64,000 bases of DNA, from contig CAOKIU010000001.1 in the NCBI GenBank assembly GCA_948468595.1, positions 28,811-92,810 of the forward strand. The letters are read 5' to 3'. A model generated the notes under the pieces. The model had not been told where the DNA came from, made no database searches, and saw only the letters and a list, made by a program, of their open reading frames with translations. How positions within the stretch are numbered: the first letter of the stretch is position 1; each line of letters begins with the position of its first letter. This DNA is from an uncultured Christensenella sp. Lineage in GTDB: Bacteria > Bacillota > Clostridia > Christensenellales > UBA1750. Shown here one piece after another: positions 56,220 to 64,000 of the stretch. Made by a program: the position numbers and the translations under genes.

Positions 56220-57494
56220 CTAGATCAGAAGGTCGATGAGGTTCTCCAAGTGCGCGCGCGTCTTTGCAAGCATGCCGGCGGCGCAGGCCATGGAGATATT
56301 GTTCTCGTCAAAGCAGAGCGACAGTTGCAGGCAGGGGTAGACCTCCATCGCGTCGCCGTCAACGCGCCAGGCATCGTGCACGGCCGGCACGAGGAAACAG
56401 GGCGCGCCCCCCGCCGTACACATGGCCCCGGTGATGCCGTAATCGCCGAGATCGCACACGTTGGGCAGGTCGCGGCCGCTCATGCCGCGAAGGGTGCCGT
56501 CCCCCACCTCGTCCAGCAGGGCGGCGGAATCGGTGTGCATGGCGGCAAAGCGCACCATCGCGCTCACGCTCACGCCCGTGCGCGACGCAATTTCCATGCA
56601 GACGGTCATATCCACCTGCGCGGTCAGGCACGCGGGGCGGGGCATGGGCGCGGATTCCTCCGCCTCCGTATCCTCCGCTTCATCCGCCTGGGGCACGGCC
56701 TCCAATGCCTCGGGAATCGGGTCCGGCTCCTCCTCCAGCTCCTCCTCCGCAGGCGCTTCCTCCGCGATGGGTTCCTCCTCAGCCGCGACAGGCGCTTCTT
56801 CCGCTTCCGCGGCGGGTTCCGTCTCCGCCTCTATGGGCGCTTCTTCCGCGGGTTCCTCCTCGGGCACGGCGGGCGCTTGCTCTGCGGCAGGTTCCGCTTC
56901 CGCCTCCGCGGGCGCTTCTTCCGCGGGTTCCTCCTCGGCCTCTATGGGCGCTTCTTCTGCATCAGATTCTTCTTCCGCTGCATCCTCTTGCGCCAATTCC
57001 TCTTCTTGCAAGGGTTCCTCCGTCAGCGGGGTTTCCTCTTGCGCATCGCCGTCTACCTCCCGGAAAAGCTCTTCCTCCATCGCGGCCTGTTCGGCGGCAT
57101 CCTGCGCCTCCTCCTGGGCGGAGACCTCCTCCGCATCGGATTCCTCATCCGGCACGGGATCTGCCGGGGCGATGTCCGCCTTGGGCGCTTCCCGAGGGGA
57201 GAGGGGCTTGCTCTCATCCACAAACTGCATGCGGCCCATCTTCAGCACCGCGTCCGGCGCGGGAGAGGCCAGCATGCCCACATCCGCCGGGCAGTGAACC
57301 AGCTCGCCCTCGGGCACAAAGATGGCGACCAGCCGCCCCGCCTTCTGCGACTTTACGGTGAAGGTGCCGTCATCGGTGTCAAAGGAGAACAGTTCGTCGC
57401 CCTGCGCGACCCAATCCCCCGTCTTTTTAAACCAACTGGTGATCATGCCGGTTTCGTCTTTTTTGCCGCGGCTGGGCATTTGAATCACTGCCAT
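56220..57494 (-). CDS. Degenerate 2-oxoacid dehydrogenase E2-like protein (lipoyl-like domain without the lipoyl Lys, acidic repeat linker, truncated catalytic-like domain without the catalytic His)
   Basis: The N-terminus MAVIQMPSRGKKDETGMITSWFKKTGDWVAQGDELFSFDTDDG parallels the E2 lipoyl domain, but ETDKA is replaced by DTDDG. The C-terminus LSLCFDENNISMACAAGML parallels LSLSFDHRVIDGA, but DHR is replaced by DEN. Start at 57494 with GAGGG 9 nt upstream. Confidence 0.6.
   Translation of the reverse strand: MAVIQMPSRGKKDETGMITSWFKKTGDWVAQGDELFSFDTDDGTFTVKSQKAGRLVAIFVPEGELVHCPADVGMLASPAPDAVLKMGRMQFVDESKPLSPREAPKADIAPADPVPDEESDAEEVSAQEEAQDAAEQAAMEEELFREVDGDAQEETPLTEEPLQEEELAQEDAAEEESDAEEAPIEAEEEPAEEAPAEAEAEPAAEQAPAVPEEEPAEEAPIEAETEPAAEAEEAPVAAEEEPIAEEAPAEEELEEEPDPIPEALEAVPQADEAEDTEAEESAPMPRPACLTAQVDMTVCMEIASRTGVSVSAMVRFAAMHTDSAALLDEVGDGTLRGMSGRDLPNVCDLGDYGITGAMCTAGGAPCFLVPAVHDAWRVDGDAMEVYPCLQLSLCFDENNISMACAAGMLAKTRAHLENLIDLLI
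56640..57130 (-). repeat. Imperfect tandem repeats encoding a Glu/Ala/Pro-rich linker
   Basis: Repeated peptide units such as EEAPIEAE(E/T)EPA(E/A)E and EEEPAEEAP, with matching repeated DNA (gggcgcttcttccgcgggttcctcctc...). Confidence 0.8.
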
Positions 57495-57671
57495 ATGCAT
57501 AAACCCTCGCTTTCGCACGCAATTCCTTTCAGACTGCCTAAATTATACGTTGGGATGCGCTGGGTGTCAACAAAACGCGGCCACAAACAAAATTCCCGTG
57601 CATGAAAGCGGCGTTTATGCTACAATGATATTTGTAAAGGTTTACTCACCTCCCATGGAAAGGGGAAAACC

Positions 57672-59576
57672 ATGATTGTTCTGCAAACCAACCAACTGAC
57701 AAAGTCCTTTGGCGTTGTGGAAGTGCTCAAGGGCGTGACGCTGACGGTCCAGGACCACCACCGCGTGGGCCTGGTGGGCTCCAACGGCTCCGGCAAATCC
57801 ACGCTGCTTAAAATCCTTAACGGGCAGGACGTCTACGACGGGGGCACGCTGAGCATGACCCGCGGCCTGCGCATCGGCTTTCACACGCAGATGGACGACC
57901 TAAACTCTCCGCTTACCGTCTGGCAGGAGATGGAGACTTGTTTTGAAGATACATTTAAGATGGAGGAACGTCTGCGCCAGATGGAGCTCCGCATGGGCGA
58001 GATCCATTTTAGCGACCCTGCGGGCTTTCAGCGGCTTTCGGAGGACTACGCCAAGCTCACCGACCGCTTTGAGGAAGAGGACGGCTACAGCTGGCGCTCG
58101 CGCATTCAGGGCGTGCTCACGGGCCTGGGCTTTACGCAGGCCCAGTACGGCCAGACGGTCGCCTCCCTCTCGGGCGGCGAGCGCACGCGGCTGAAGCTGG
58201 GCAAGCTGCTGCTGACTCGCACCGACCTTCTGCTGCTGGATGAGCCGACCAACCACCTGGACTTAAGCTCCATCGCCTGGCTGGAAGACTACCTGCGCGC
58301 CTACAAGGGCGCGGTCGTGGTGGTCTCGCACGACCGCTATTTCCTTGACGCGGTGTGCAATTCCATTGCGGAGCTCTCCTTTGGCCGCGTGGAGCAGTAT
58401 GAGGGGAACTATACCCGGTACTTGAAGCTCCGCGAGGAGGTCATGGTGCGGCGCATGAAGGAATACACGCTCCAGCAAAAGGAGATCGCCCGCGAGGAAG
58501 CCATCATCGCACAATTCCGCGCCTACAACACCGAGGCGGCGCACATCAAGGCCAAGAGCCGCGAAAAGCGACTGAACATGATCGAGCGCGTGGACAAGCC
58601 CGTGGAAGAGCACAACGTCTATTTCCATTTCCACGCGGGGCGCGGCACGGGCAACGACGTGCTGATGGCGGAAAACCTCTCCAAATCCTACGGCCCGCGC
58701 CAGCTCTTTCACGGCCTGAACCTGCATGTGCGCGCGGGCGACCGCATCGCGCTGCTGGGCGCCAACGGCGTGGGCAAGTCCACCCTGCTCAAGATTTTGA
58801 TGGGGTTGGAGCCGCCCGATACCGGCAGCGCTCGCTTTGGCTCGGGCGTGGAGGTGGGCTACTACGACCAGCAGCAGGAGGGACTTTCGCCGGATAAGGA
58901 CGTGCTCAACGAGGTGTGGGACGACTTCCCGCGCATGGAGCAGACGACCATCCGCAACGCGCTTGCGGGCTTCCTCTTCACCGGCGACGATGTCTTTGCG
59001 CCGGTGAGCACGCTTTCGGGCGGCGAGCGCGGGCGCGTGCTGCTGACCAAGCTGATGCTCCGGCAGGACAACTTCCTGATCCTGGACGAGCCCACCAACC
59101 ACCTGGATATGGACAGCCGCGAGATGCTGGAAACAGCGCTGCTGGGCTTTGAGGGGACCATCCTCACGGTTTCGCACGACCGTTACTTCATCAACCGCAT
59201 CGCGGACCGCGTGGTGGTCATGGAGCCGGACGGCGTGACGGAATACATCGGCAACTACGACGACTACCTGGAAAAGTCGGCGCAAAAGGCGCTTCCCGAG
59301 GAAGAGACGACCCAGGCCAAGACCAAGACCGCCCTGCGCGAGGAGAAGAAGCGCGAAAAGGCGGCGCAGGAGGCGGCGCGCCGCGAGCGGGAGCGCATCG
59401 CCAACCTGGAATCCCGCATCACCGACCTAGAAGAGCAGATGACGCAAATGGAAATCGAGATGAGCGATCCCGATACTTACGCCGACAGCGCGCGCGCCCA
59501 GTCCCTGAGCAAGCGCTACGCCGCGCTGCAAGACAAGGTCGCCGCGCTGTACGAGGAATGGGAGGCGGCGCAATGA
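57672..59576 (+). CDS. ABC-F family ATPase (Uup/YdiF-like translation-associated ABC protein)
   Basis: Two NBDs (GSNGSGKST, GANGVGKST; signatures LSGGERTRL, LSGGERGRV), no TM domain, and a C-terminal coiled coil. Confidence 0.85.
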   Translation: MIVLQTNQLTKSFGVVEVLKGVTLTVQDHHRVGLVGSNGSGKSTLLKILNGQDVYDGGTLSMTRGLRIGFHTQMDDLNSPLTVWQEMETCFEDTFKMEERLRQMELRMGEIHFSDPAGFQRLSEDYAKLTDRFEEEDGYSWRSRIQGVLTGLGFTQAQYGQTVASLSGGERTRLKLGKLLLTRTDLLLLDEPTNHLDLSSIAWLEDYLRAYKGAVVVVSHDRYFLDAVCNSIAELSFGRVEQYEGNYTRYLKLREEVMVRRMKEYTLQQKEIAREEAIIAQFRAYNTEAAHIKAKSREKRLNMIERVDKPVEEHNVYFHFHAGRGTGNDVLMAENLSKSYGPRQLFHGLNLHVRAGDRIALLGANGVGKSTLLKILMGLEPPDTGSARFGSGVEVGYYDQQQEGLSPDKDVLNEVWDDFPRMEQTTIRNALAGFLFTGDDVFAPVSTLSGGERGRVLLTKLMLRQDNFLILDEPTNHLDMDSREMLETALLGFEGTILTVSHDRYFINRIADRVVVMEPDGVTEYIGNYDDYLEKSAQKALPEEETTQAKTKTALREEKKREKAAQEAARRERERIANLESRITDLEEQMTQMEIEMSDPDTYADSARAQSLSKRYAALQDKVAALYEEWEAAQ

Positions 59577-60352
59577 GCGGCGATGCGCGCGTCCAAGCGC
59601 TCTTGGAGGTCATCGCCCGCAAGATCCAAAGCATCCTTGGGGATAACCTTGTGGGCGTGTATATCCATGGATCGCTGGCCTTCGGCTGTTTTACCTGGGA
59701 CCAGAGCGACGTGGACTTCCTCGTGGTGGCGCAGGAGGACTTGCCCCTTGACCATAAGACGCGCCTGATCTCCGCCTTATTGGAGCTTGCGCCCGCTTGT
59801 CCGCCCAAGGGGCTGGAAATGAGCGTGGTGCTGCGCCGGCACGTCAATCCCTTTGTGCATCCCGCGCCGTTTGTATTGCACTTTTCCAACGCGCACCTTG
59901 CGGCCTGCCGGGCGGATCTTATGGGCTATTGCCGGCGGATGAACGGCGTGGACCCCGACCTTGCAGCGCATGTGACGGTGCTGCGCCATGCCGGGTACGC
60001 CCTGGTGGGGGAACCGGTGGACGCTGTCTTTGGTCAGGCGCCCTGGCCCGATTACTTGGACAGCATCCTGGCCGACGTCGAGGACGCTGAGGAGGCGATT
60101 CTTCGCCATCCCGTATACACCGTGCTCAACCTGTGCCGGGTGCTCGCCGCCCTGCGGGACGGCCTTGTGCTTTCCAAGGAAGAGGGCGGGCGCTGGGGGC
60201 TTTCAGCGCTGCCCAGCCGCTATGCCGCGGTGCTCAGCGCCGCGCTGGCGGATTACGCCGGACGGGAGTCCTTCCATGTGCCCGAGGGGCAGCTTGTGGA
60301 CTTTTCCGCCTACATGCAAAATCAAATTCGAGATAAAGGAAGAGATGGATGA
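59573..60352 (+). CDS. Aminoglycoside nucleotidyltransferase ANT(3'')/ANT(9)-like protein (NTP-transferase plus DUF4111)
   Basis: Contains LVGVYIHGSLAFGCFTWDQSDVDFLVV and the C-terminal helical domain. Its start ATG overlaps the ABC-F stop (ATGA at 59573-59576). Confidence 0.75.
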   Translation: MSGDARVQALLEVIARKIQSILGDNLVGVYIHGSLAFGCFTWDQSDVDFLVVAQEDLPLDHKTRLISALLELAPACPPKGLEMSVVLRRHVNPFVHPAPFVLHFSNAHLAACRADLMGYCRRMNGVDPDLAAHVTVLRHAGYALVGEPVDAVFGQAPWPDYLDSILADVEDAEEAILRHPVYTVLNLCRVLAALRDGLVLSKEEGGRWGLSALPSRYAAVLSAALADYAGRESFHVPEGQLVDFSAYMQNQIRDKGRDG

Positions 60353-61947
60353 TGTTCGATCCTCTGTACTACCCCTACGCCTCCCGCCGCAACCTCGTCT
60401 ACGGCCATCGCGGTATGGTGGCCTCGTCGCACCCTCTGGCCACGCAGGCGGGGCTGCAAATCCTCAAAAGCGGCGGCAACGCGGTGGATGCGGCGCTGGC
60501 CGTGGCCGCGGCGCTGACCGTGGTGGACCCCGCCAACAACGGCGTGGGCGGCGATTGCTTTGCCATCGTATCGATGAAGGGTCAGCCGCTGTACGGCCTC
60601 AATTCCAGCGGCTTCTCCCCACAGCTGCTGACGCGGGAGCTGGTGGAGGCGCGCGGCGAGGAGGTCATCCCCTTCCAGGGCTGGCTGCCGGTGACGGTGC
60701 CCGGCGCGCCCGCGGGCTGGGCGGCGCTGCGCGACCGCTTCGGCACCAAGGCGCTTGACGAGCTCTTCGCCCCTGCGGTGGAGCTGAGCCGCGGATACGC
60801 GCTCTCGCCCGACAACGCGCCCATCCTAAACCAATTCACCCAGTTTTTCGGCTCTCATCGGGACCCGCTGATGCGCGAGTGGGTCAAGGGCTTCAACCCG
60901 TCGGGCCGCACTTTCCGCGCGGGGGATATCTACGCCCTCCATGACCTGGGCGATACGCTGGCGCGCCTGGCGGCGACCAATTGCCGCGACGCCTACGAAG
61001 GGGAGCTGGCCGCGCGCATCGACGCCTATAGCCGCGAAACCGGGGGGACCTTGCGCAAGGAGGATCTGGCCGCGTATCAGCCCCGCTGGGTGCAGCCCGT
61101 GAGCACGAGCTTTGCCGGGCACGAGGTTTGGGAATTGCCGCCCAACGGCCAGGGCATGACGGCGCTCATCGCGCTGAACATCCTGGAGGCGCTGCCGCTG
61201 GCCGGCGCGGGCGAGGTGGAGCGCCTGCACCTTGAGATGGAGGCCATGAAGCTGGCCTTTGCCGACGCCCTGCACTACATCGCCGACCCGGCGTTCATGC
61301 GCCTTGCGCCGGAAGCGCTGCTCTCCAAGGATTACGCGCGCACGCGGGCGGCGCAAATCACCGGCAAGGCGCAGGTCTACGCGCACGGGACGCCGATGCG
61401 CGGGGACACGGTCTACTTCTGCTGTGCGGATGGCGAGGGCAACAGCATCTCCATGATTCAGAGCCTGTACCGCGGGTTCGGCTCGGGCGTGCTCGTTCCG
61501 GGCACGGGGGTGTGCCTCCAGGACCGCGGCGCGTGCTTTACCATGCAAAAGGGCCATGCCAACGTCGTGGCTCCGCGCAAATACCCCTATCACACCATCA
61601 TCCCCGGCTTCCTCACCCGCGGCGGAGAGCCCGTCGGCCCCTTCGGCATCATGGGCGGCTACATGCAGCCGCAGGCGCACATGCAGGTGATGGCGCGCCT
61701 GCTCCTGGAGGGACTCAACCCGCAGGCCGCGTTGGACGCGCCCCGGTTCTGCTGGACCGAAGGCCTCCGCTTTGAAATGGAGCCCTCCTTCTCCCCTGCC
61801 GTGATCGACGCGCTGCGCCGCAGAGGGCATGACATCACCGTCATCTCGGGCTCGCAATACGGCCGGGGACAGATGATCCTGCGCCAGGGCGAGAGCTGGG
61901 CGGGCGCCACCGAGCCGCGCGCAGACGGATCGGTGATCGGCTTCTGA
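60349..61947 (+). CDS. ggt: Gamma-glutamyltransferase family protein
   Basis: Contains GMVASSHPLATQAGLQILKSGGNAVDAA, a nucleophile region GDTVYF, and GGYMQPQ. It overlaps the upstream stop. Confidence 0.85.
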   Translation: MMFDPLYYPYASRRNLVYGHRGMVASSHPLATQAGLQILKSGGNAVDAALAVAAALTVVDPANNGVGGDCFAIVSMKGQPLYGLNSSGFSPQLLTRELVEARGEEVIPFQGWLPVTVPGAPAGWAALRDRFGTKALDELFAPAVELSRGYALSPDNAPILNQFTQFFGSHRDPLMREWVKGFNPSGRTFRAGDIYALHDLGDTLARLAATNCRDAYEGELAARIDAYSRETGGTLRKEDLAAYQPRWVQPVSTSFAGHEVWELPPNGQGMTALIALNILEALPLAGAGEVERLHLEMEAMKLAFADALHYIADPAFMRLAPEALLSKDYARTRAAQITGKAQVYAHGTPMRGDTVYFCCADGEGNSISMIQSLYRGFGSGVLVPGTGVCLQDRGACFTMQKGHANVVAPRKYPYHTIIPGFLTRGGEPVGPFGIMGGYMQPQAHMQVMARLLLEGLNPQAALDAPRFCWTEGLRFEMEPSFSPAVIDALRRRGHDITVISGSQYGRGQMILRQGESWAGATEPRADGSVIGF

Positions 61948-61971
61948 TTTGGCCTAGAAGGGTGGACGTCC

Positions 61972-62703
61972 ATGAAGGAAAATAAATACGACGACGCGCG
62001 CTTTTTCGATAAGTACAGCCAGATGCCGCGCTCGCTGCAGGGGCTTGCCGGCGCGGGCGAGTGGCGGGAGCTGCAAAAGCTGCTGCCGGACTTCCGTGGC
62101 AAGAGCGTGCTGGACCTGGGCTGCGGCTACGGCTGGCACTGCGCCTACGCGGCCGAGCGCGGCGCGGCAGCGGTCCTGGGCGTAGACCTCTCGCAACGGA
62201 TGCTGGACGTGGCGCGCGCCAAGACGCGCTCCTCCGTTGTGCGCTATCAGCGCGCCGCGATGGAGGATCTCGATCTGCCGGAAGAGAGCGTGGACGTGGC
62301 GCTTAGCTCGCTGGCCTTTCACTATGTGGCAGACTTCGCGCCGCTGGTGGCCAAGATCTGCCGCTGGCTCAAACCCGGCGGGGATTTTGTCTTCTCCGTG
62401 GAGCATCCCGTCTTTACCGCTTATGGTTCCCAGGACTGGTTTTACGATGAAGACGGCCGCATTCTGCACTTCCCCGTGGACAACTACTACTACGAGGGGC
62501 AGCGAGAGGCGGTTTTCCTGGGCGAGCCGGTGATCAAGTACCATCGCACGCTGACCACCTACCTAAGCACTCTGCTCGCCTGCGGCCTGCGCATCGAGCA
62601 CATCGTCGAACCGCAGCCGCCTGAAGAGATGATGGATCTTCCCGGCATGCGCGAGGAGATGCGCCGCCCCATGATGCTGCTGGTCGCGGCCCAAAAGCCT
62701 TGA
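61972..62703 (+). CDS. Class I SAM-dependent methyltransferase
   Basis: Motif I VLDLGCGYGW. 243 aa. Confidence 0.8.
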   Translation: MKENKYDDARFFDKYSQMPRSLQGLAGAGEWRELQKLLPDFRGKSVLDLGCGYGWHCAYAAERGAAAVLGVDLSQRMLDVARAKTRSSVVRYQRAAMEDLDLPEESVDVALSSLAFHYVADFAPLVAKICRWLKPGGDFVFSVEHPVFTAYGSQDWFYDEDGRILHFPVDNYYYEGQREAVFLGEPVIKYHRTLTTYLSTLLACGLRIEHIVEPQPPEEMMDLPGMREEMRRPMMLLVAAQKP

Positions 62704-62768
62704 CTCCCGCGCACACAAGCGCCCTTTCCGGGTTAACGCCCGCAGGGCGCATCTCCCCCCTACAAGAA

Positions 62769-62802
62769 GAACCGGACGCCGCGGCGTCCGGTTCTTTGTT
62801 GT
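62769..62802. terminator. Stem-loop terminator between convergent genes
   Basis: GAACCGGACGC-cgcg-GCGTCCGGTTC followed by TTTGTTGTT. Confidence 0.8.
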
Positions 62803-62820
62803 TCCGAAAAGGGCCCTTCC

Positions 62821-63603
62821 TCAGCGCAGGCAGGTATAGACCTCGCCGCACTCGAAGTACCGGCATTGCAGCTCGGGATGGTCCCGGCCAATGAGCGTGC
62901 ACAGGTGTTTCATGCCGTCGCGCTCGCTGCCGACGTGGCCGCAAGTGAGCATCGCCTTGTGAAAGCCCAGCTGCGCCGCATCCCGAACGTACTCGCCGAT
63001 GCGCCACTCGCTCGTCTCGCCCACGACGATCACCTCGCACTCCGGCTTTTGCAGCATTTTCATGTGGTTTTCATCGCCATAGGCGCCGATCATCATGGAC
63101 ACACCCGTCATGGGCGTATCCAAATCGCCCGTCATGCGCACGTGGGCAATCCCCCAGTATTGTTCCAGGTCCGCCGCAATCTCCCGCGCGGTCTTAGCCG
63201 CTTTGAGGGTGACGGCAAAGTGGCCGTCGTGCTCGCAGTCCCAGGGCAGGGCCGTTAACTGACCCTCGATGATGCCATCCGGCGTGCGGCCGTGGCTGTG
63301 ATCGTGGAAGCGGTAGACCGTCATGCCCGTCGCCTCCAACAGGCGCTTTTTCGCCTGCATGACCGGGTTGTCCGGGATGTTGCCCAGGTGGTCGCGGTGG
63401 TCGTAATAGGTGGGCTCATGCGTGATGAGCAGGTCCGCGCCCCAAGCGTGCGCTGCCTTGATCACCTCGGGCGTGGCGATAAAACAGGTGGCCACCTTGT
63501 GCACCTCGCGCTCAGCGTCCCCGGCTTTAAGCGTATCCACGGTGTCCGCAATGGGCTCGTCCGACCAGGCGAGCATCTCTGCCATCAGCTCTCTTGCCTT
63601 CAT
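62821..63603 (-). CDS. Nif3-like dinuclear metal centre protein
   Basis: Contains ADLLITHEPTYY, RFHDHSH and C-terminal H/E ligands. 260 aa. Confidence 0.75.
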   Translation of the reverse strand: MKARELMAEMLAWSDEPIADTVDTLKAGDAEREVHKVATCFIATPEVIKAAHAWGADLLITHEPTYYDHRDHLGNIPDNPVMQAKKRLLEATGMTVYRFHDHSHGRTPDGIIEGQLTALPWDCEHDGHFAVTLKAAKTAREIAADLEQYWGIAHVRMTGDLDTPMTGVSMMIGAYGDENHMKMLQKPECEVIVVGETSEWRIGEYVRDAAQLGFHKAMLTCGHVGSERDGMKHLCTLIGRDHPELQCRYFECGEVYTCLR

Positions 63604-64000
63604 GCCTCTTCCTCCTCATAAGCGCTCTTCATTTCGAAGACCTGCAAACGACTCACGCGCACGCCGCCCTGCGCGTACAGGCGCATCCCGTCGCTGTCCG
63701 GCCGCGCGGGATAAACGCGCGTCGTAAGGGTCTCACGGTCGTTGACAAAGATCTCCAGGGCCGATCCATCCAGGAATACGCGCAGCGTGGTCATGCCTTG
63801 GCCCTGCACATAGCCGCCCACGCGGCCCGACGCGCCGCCGCACCGTCCGGCATCCACGTAAAGGGAATCGGATACGCCGTCGTAACCGACGATGGCCTTC
63901 TCCTCGCCCTTGGGGCTCTTGCAAAGCTCCAGCATCAGCTCGCCTTGGCTGCCCGCTTCAAATTCAATGAGCAGCTCGCAATGGCGGCTGTGCACGCCCT
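63600..64000 (-). CDS. Glycoside hydrolase family 32 protein, C-terminal beta-sandwich fragment (5' end outside the window)
   Basis: Contains LRVFLDGSALEIFVNDRETLTTRVYP, typical of GH32 C-terminal domains. The ORF is open to the window edge and overlaps the Nif3 start by 4 nt. Confidence 0.65.
   Translation of the reverse strand, partial: GVHSRHCELLIEFEAGSQGELMLELCKSPKGEEKAIVGYDGVSDSLYVDAGRCGGASGRVGGYVQGQGMTTLRVFLDGSALEIFVNDRETLTTRVYPARPDSDGMRLYAQGGVRVSRLQVFEMKSAYEEEEA

Noticed and set aside
55527-57605. 692-aa plus-strand ORF antisense to the ABC ATPase and the E2-like gene
   Set aside because: Same reasoning. The composition is repetitive (RFRLRGRFFRGFLLG...), mirroring the acidic repeat on the coding strand. 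There are no motifs and no RBS.

Overview
The window looks like a chromosome segment from a high-GC, Gram-positive, spore-former-type bacterium (Clostridia-like). The clues are AGGAGG/GAGGTGAT ribosome-binding sites, many lipobox lipoproteins, a YhcN/YlaJ-type sporulation lipoprotein, and an SPKT-type cell-wall sorting signal. I call about 60 protein genes and one tRNA-Ala(CGC). I found no rRNA, CRISPR array, transposase or integrase.

Most of the window is housekeeping. It holds uvrB/uvrA, lgt, pncB, fhs, rubrerythrin, a large minus-strand nucleoside/MTA salvage operon (BMP-family ABC importer, MTAP-like phosphorylase, MtaD-like deaminase), several exporters (MATE, a heterodimeric ABC pair, ThrE) and resistance-family genes (class D beta-lactamase-like, ANT-like, APH-family, ABC-F).

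The parts that ordinary annotation does not explain are these:
1. A 49-codon ORF that is about 86% Asn/Gln. It has a strong RBS and a sigma-G-like promoter, and it sits in a small sporulation-lipoprotein cluster (43.9-45.9 kb). It falls below the 60-aa ORF cutoff.
2. A consensus sigma-A promoter that drives a roughly 280-nt leader with no convincing ORF. The leader ends in an intrinsic terminator in front of a lipoprotein gene. It lies inside a lower-GC islet next to the tRNA, and the islet also carries a LytTR plus membrane-inhibitor pair.
3. A doubly degenerate E2 (lipoyl-acyltransferase)-like protein with a long acidic repeat linker, placed at the head of an ABC exporter operon.
4. A V4R ligand-binding-domain protein embedded in the nucleoside transporter operon.
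5. A class D beta-lactamase homolog wedged between uvrB and uvrA.

All functional calls come from reading motifs in the supplied translations. No database search was run. Many long ORFs antisense to real genes are high-GC shadow ORFs, and I rejected them.
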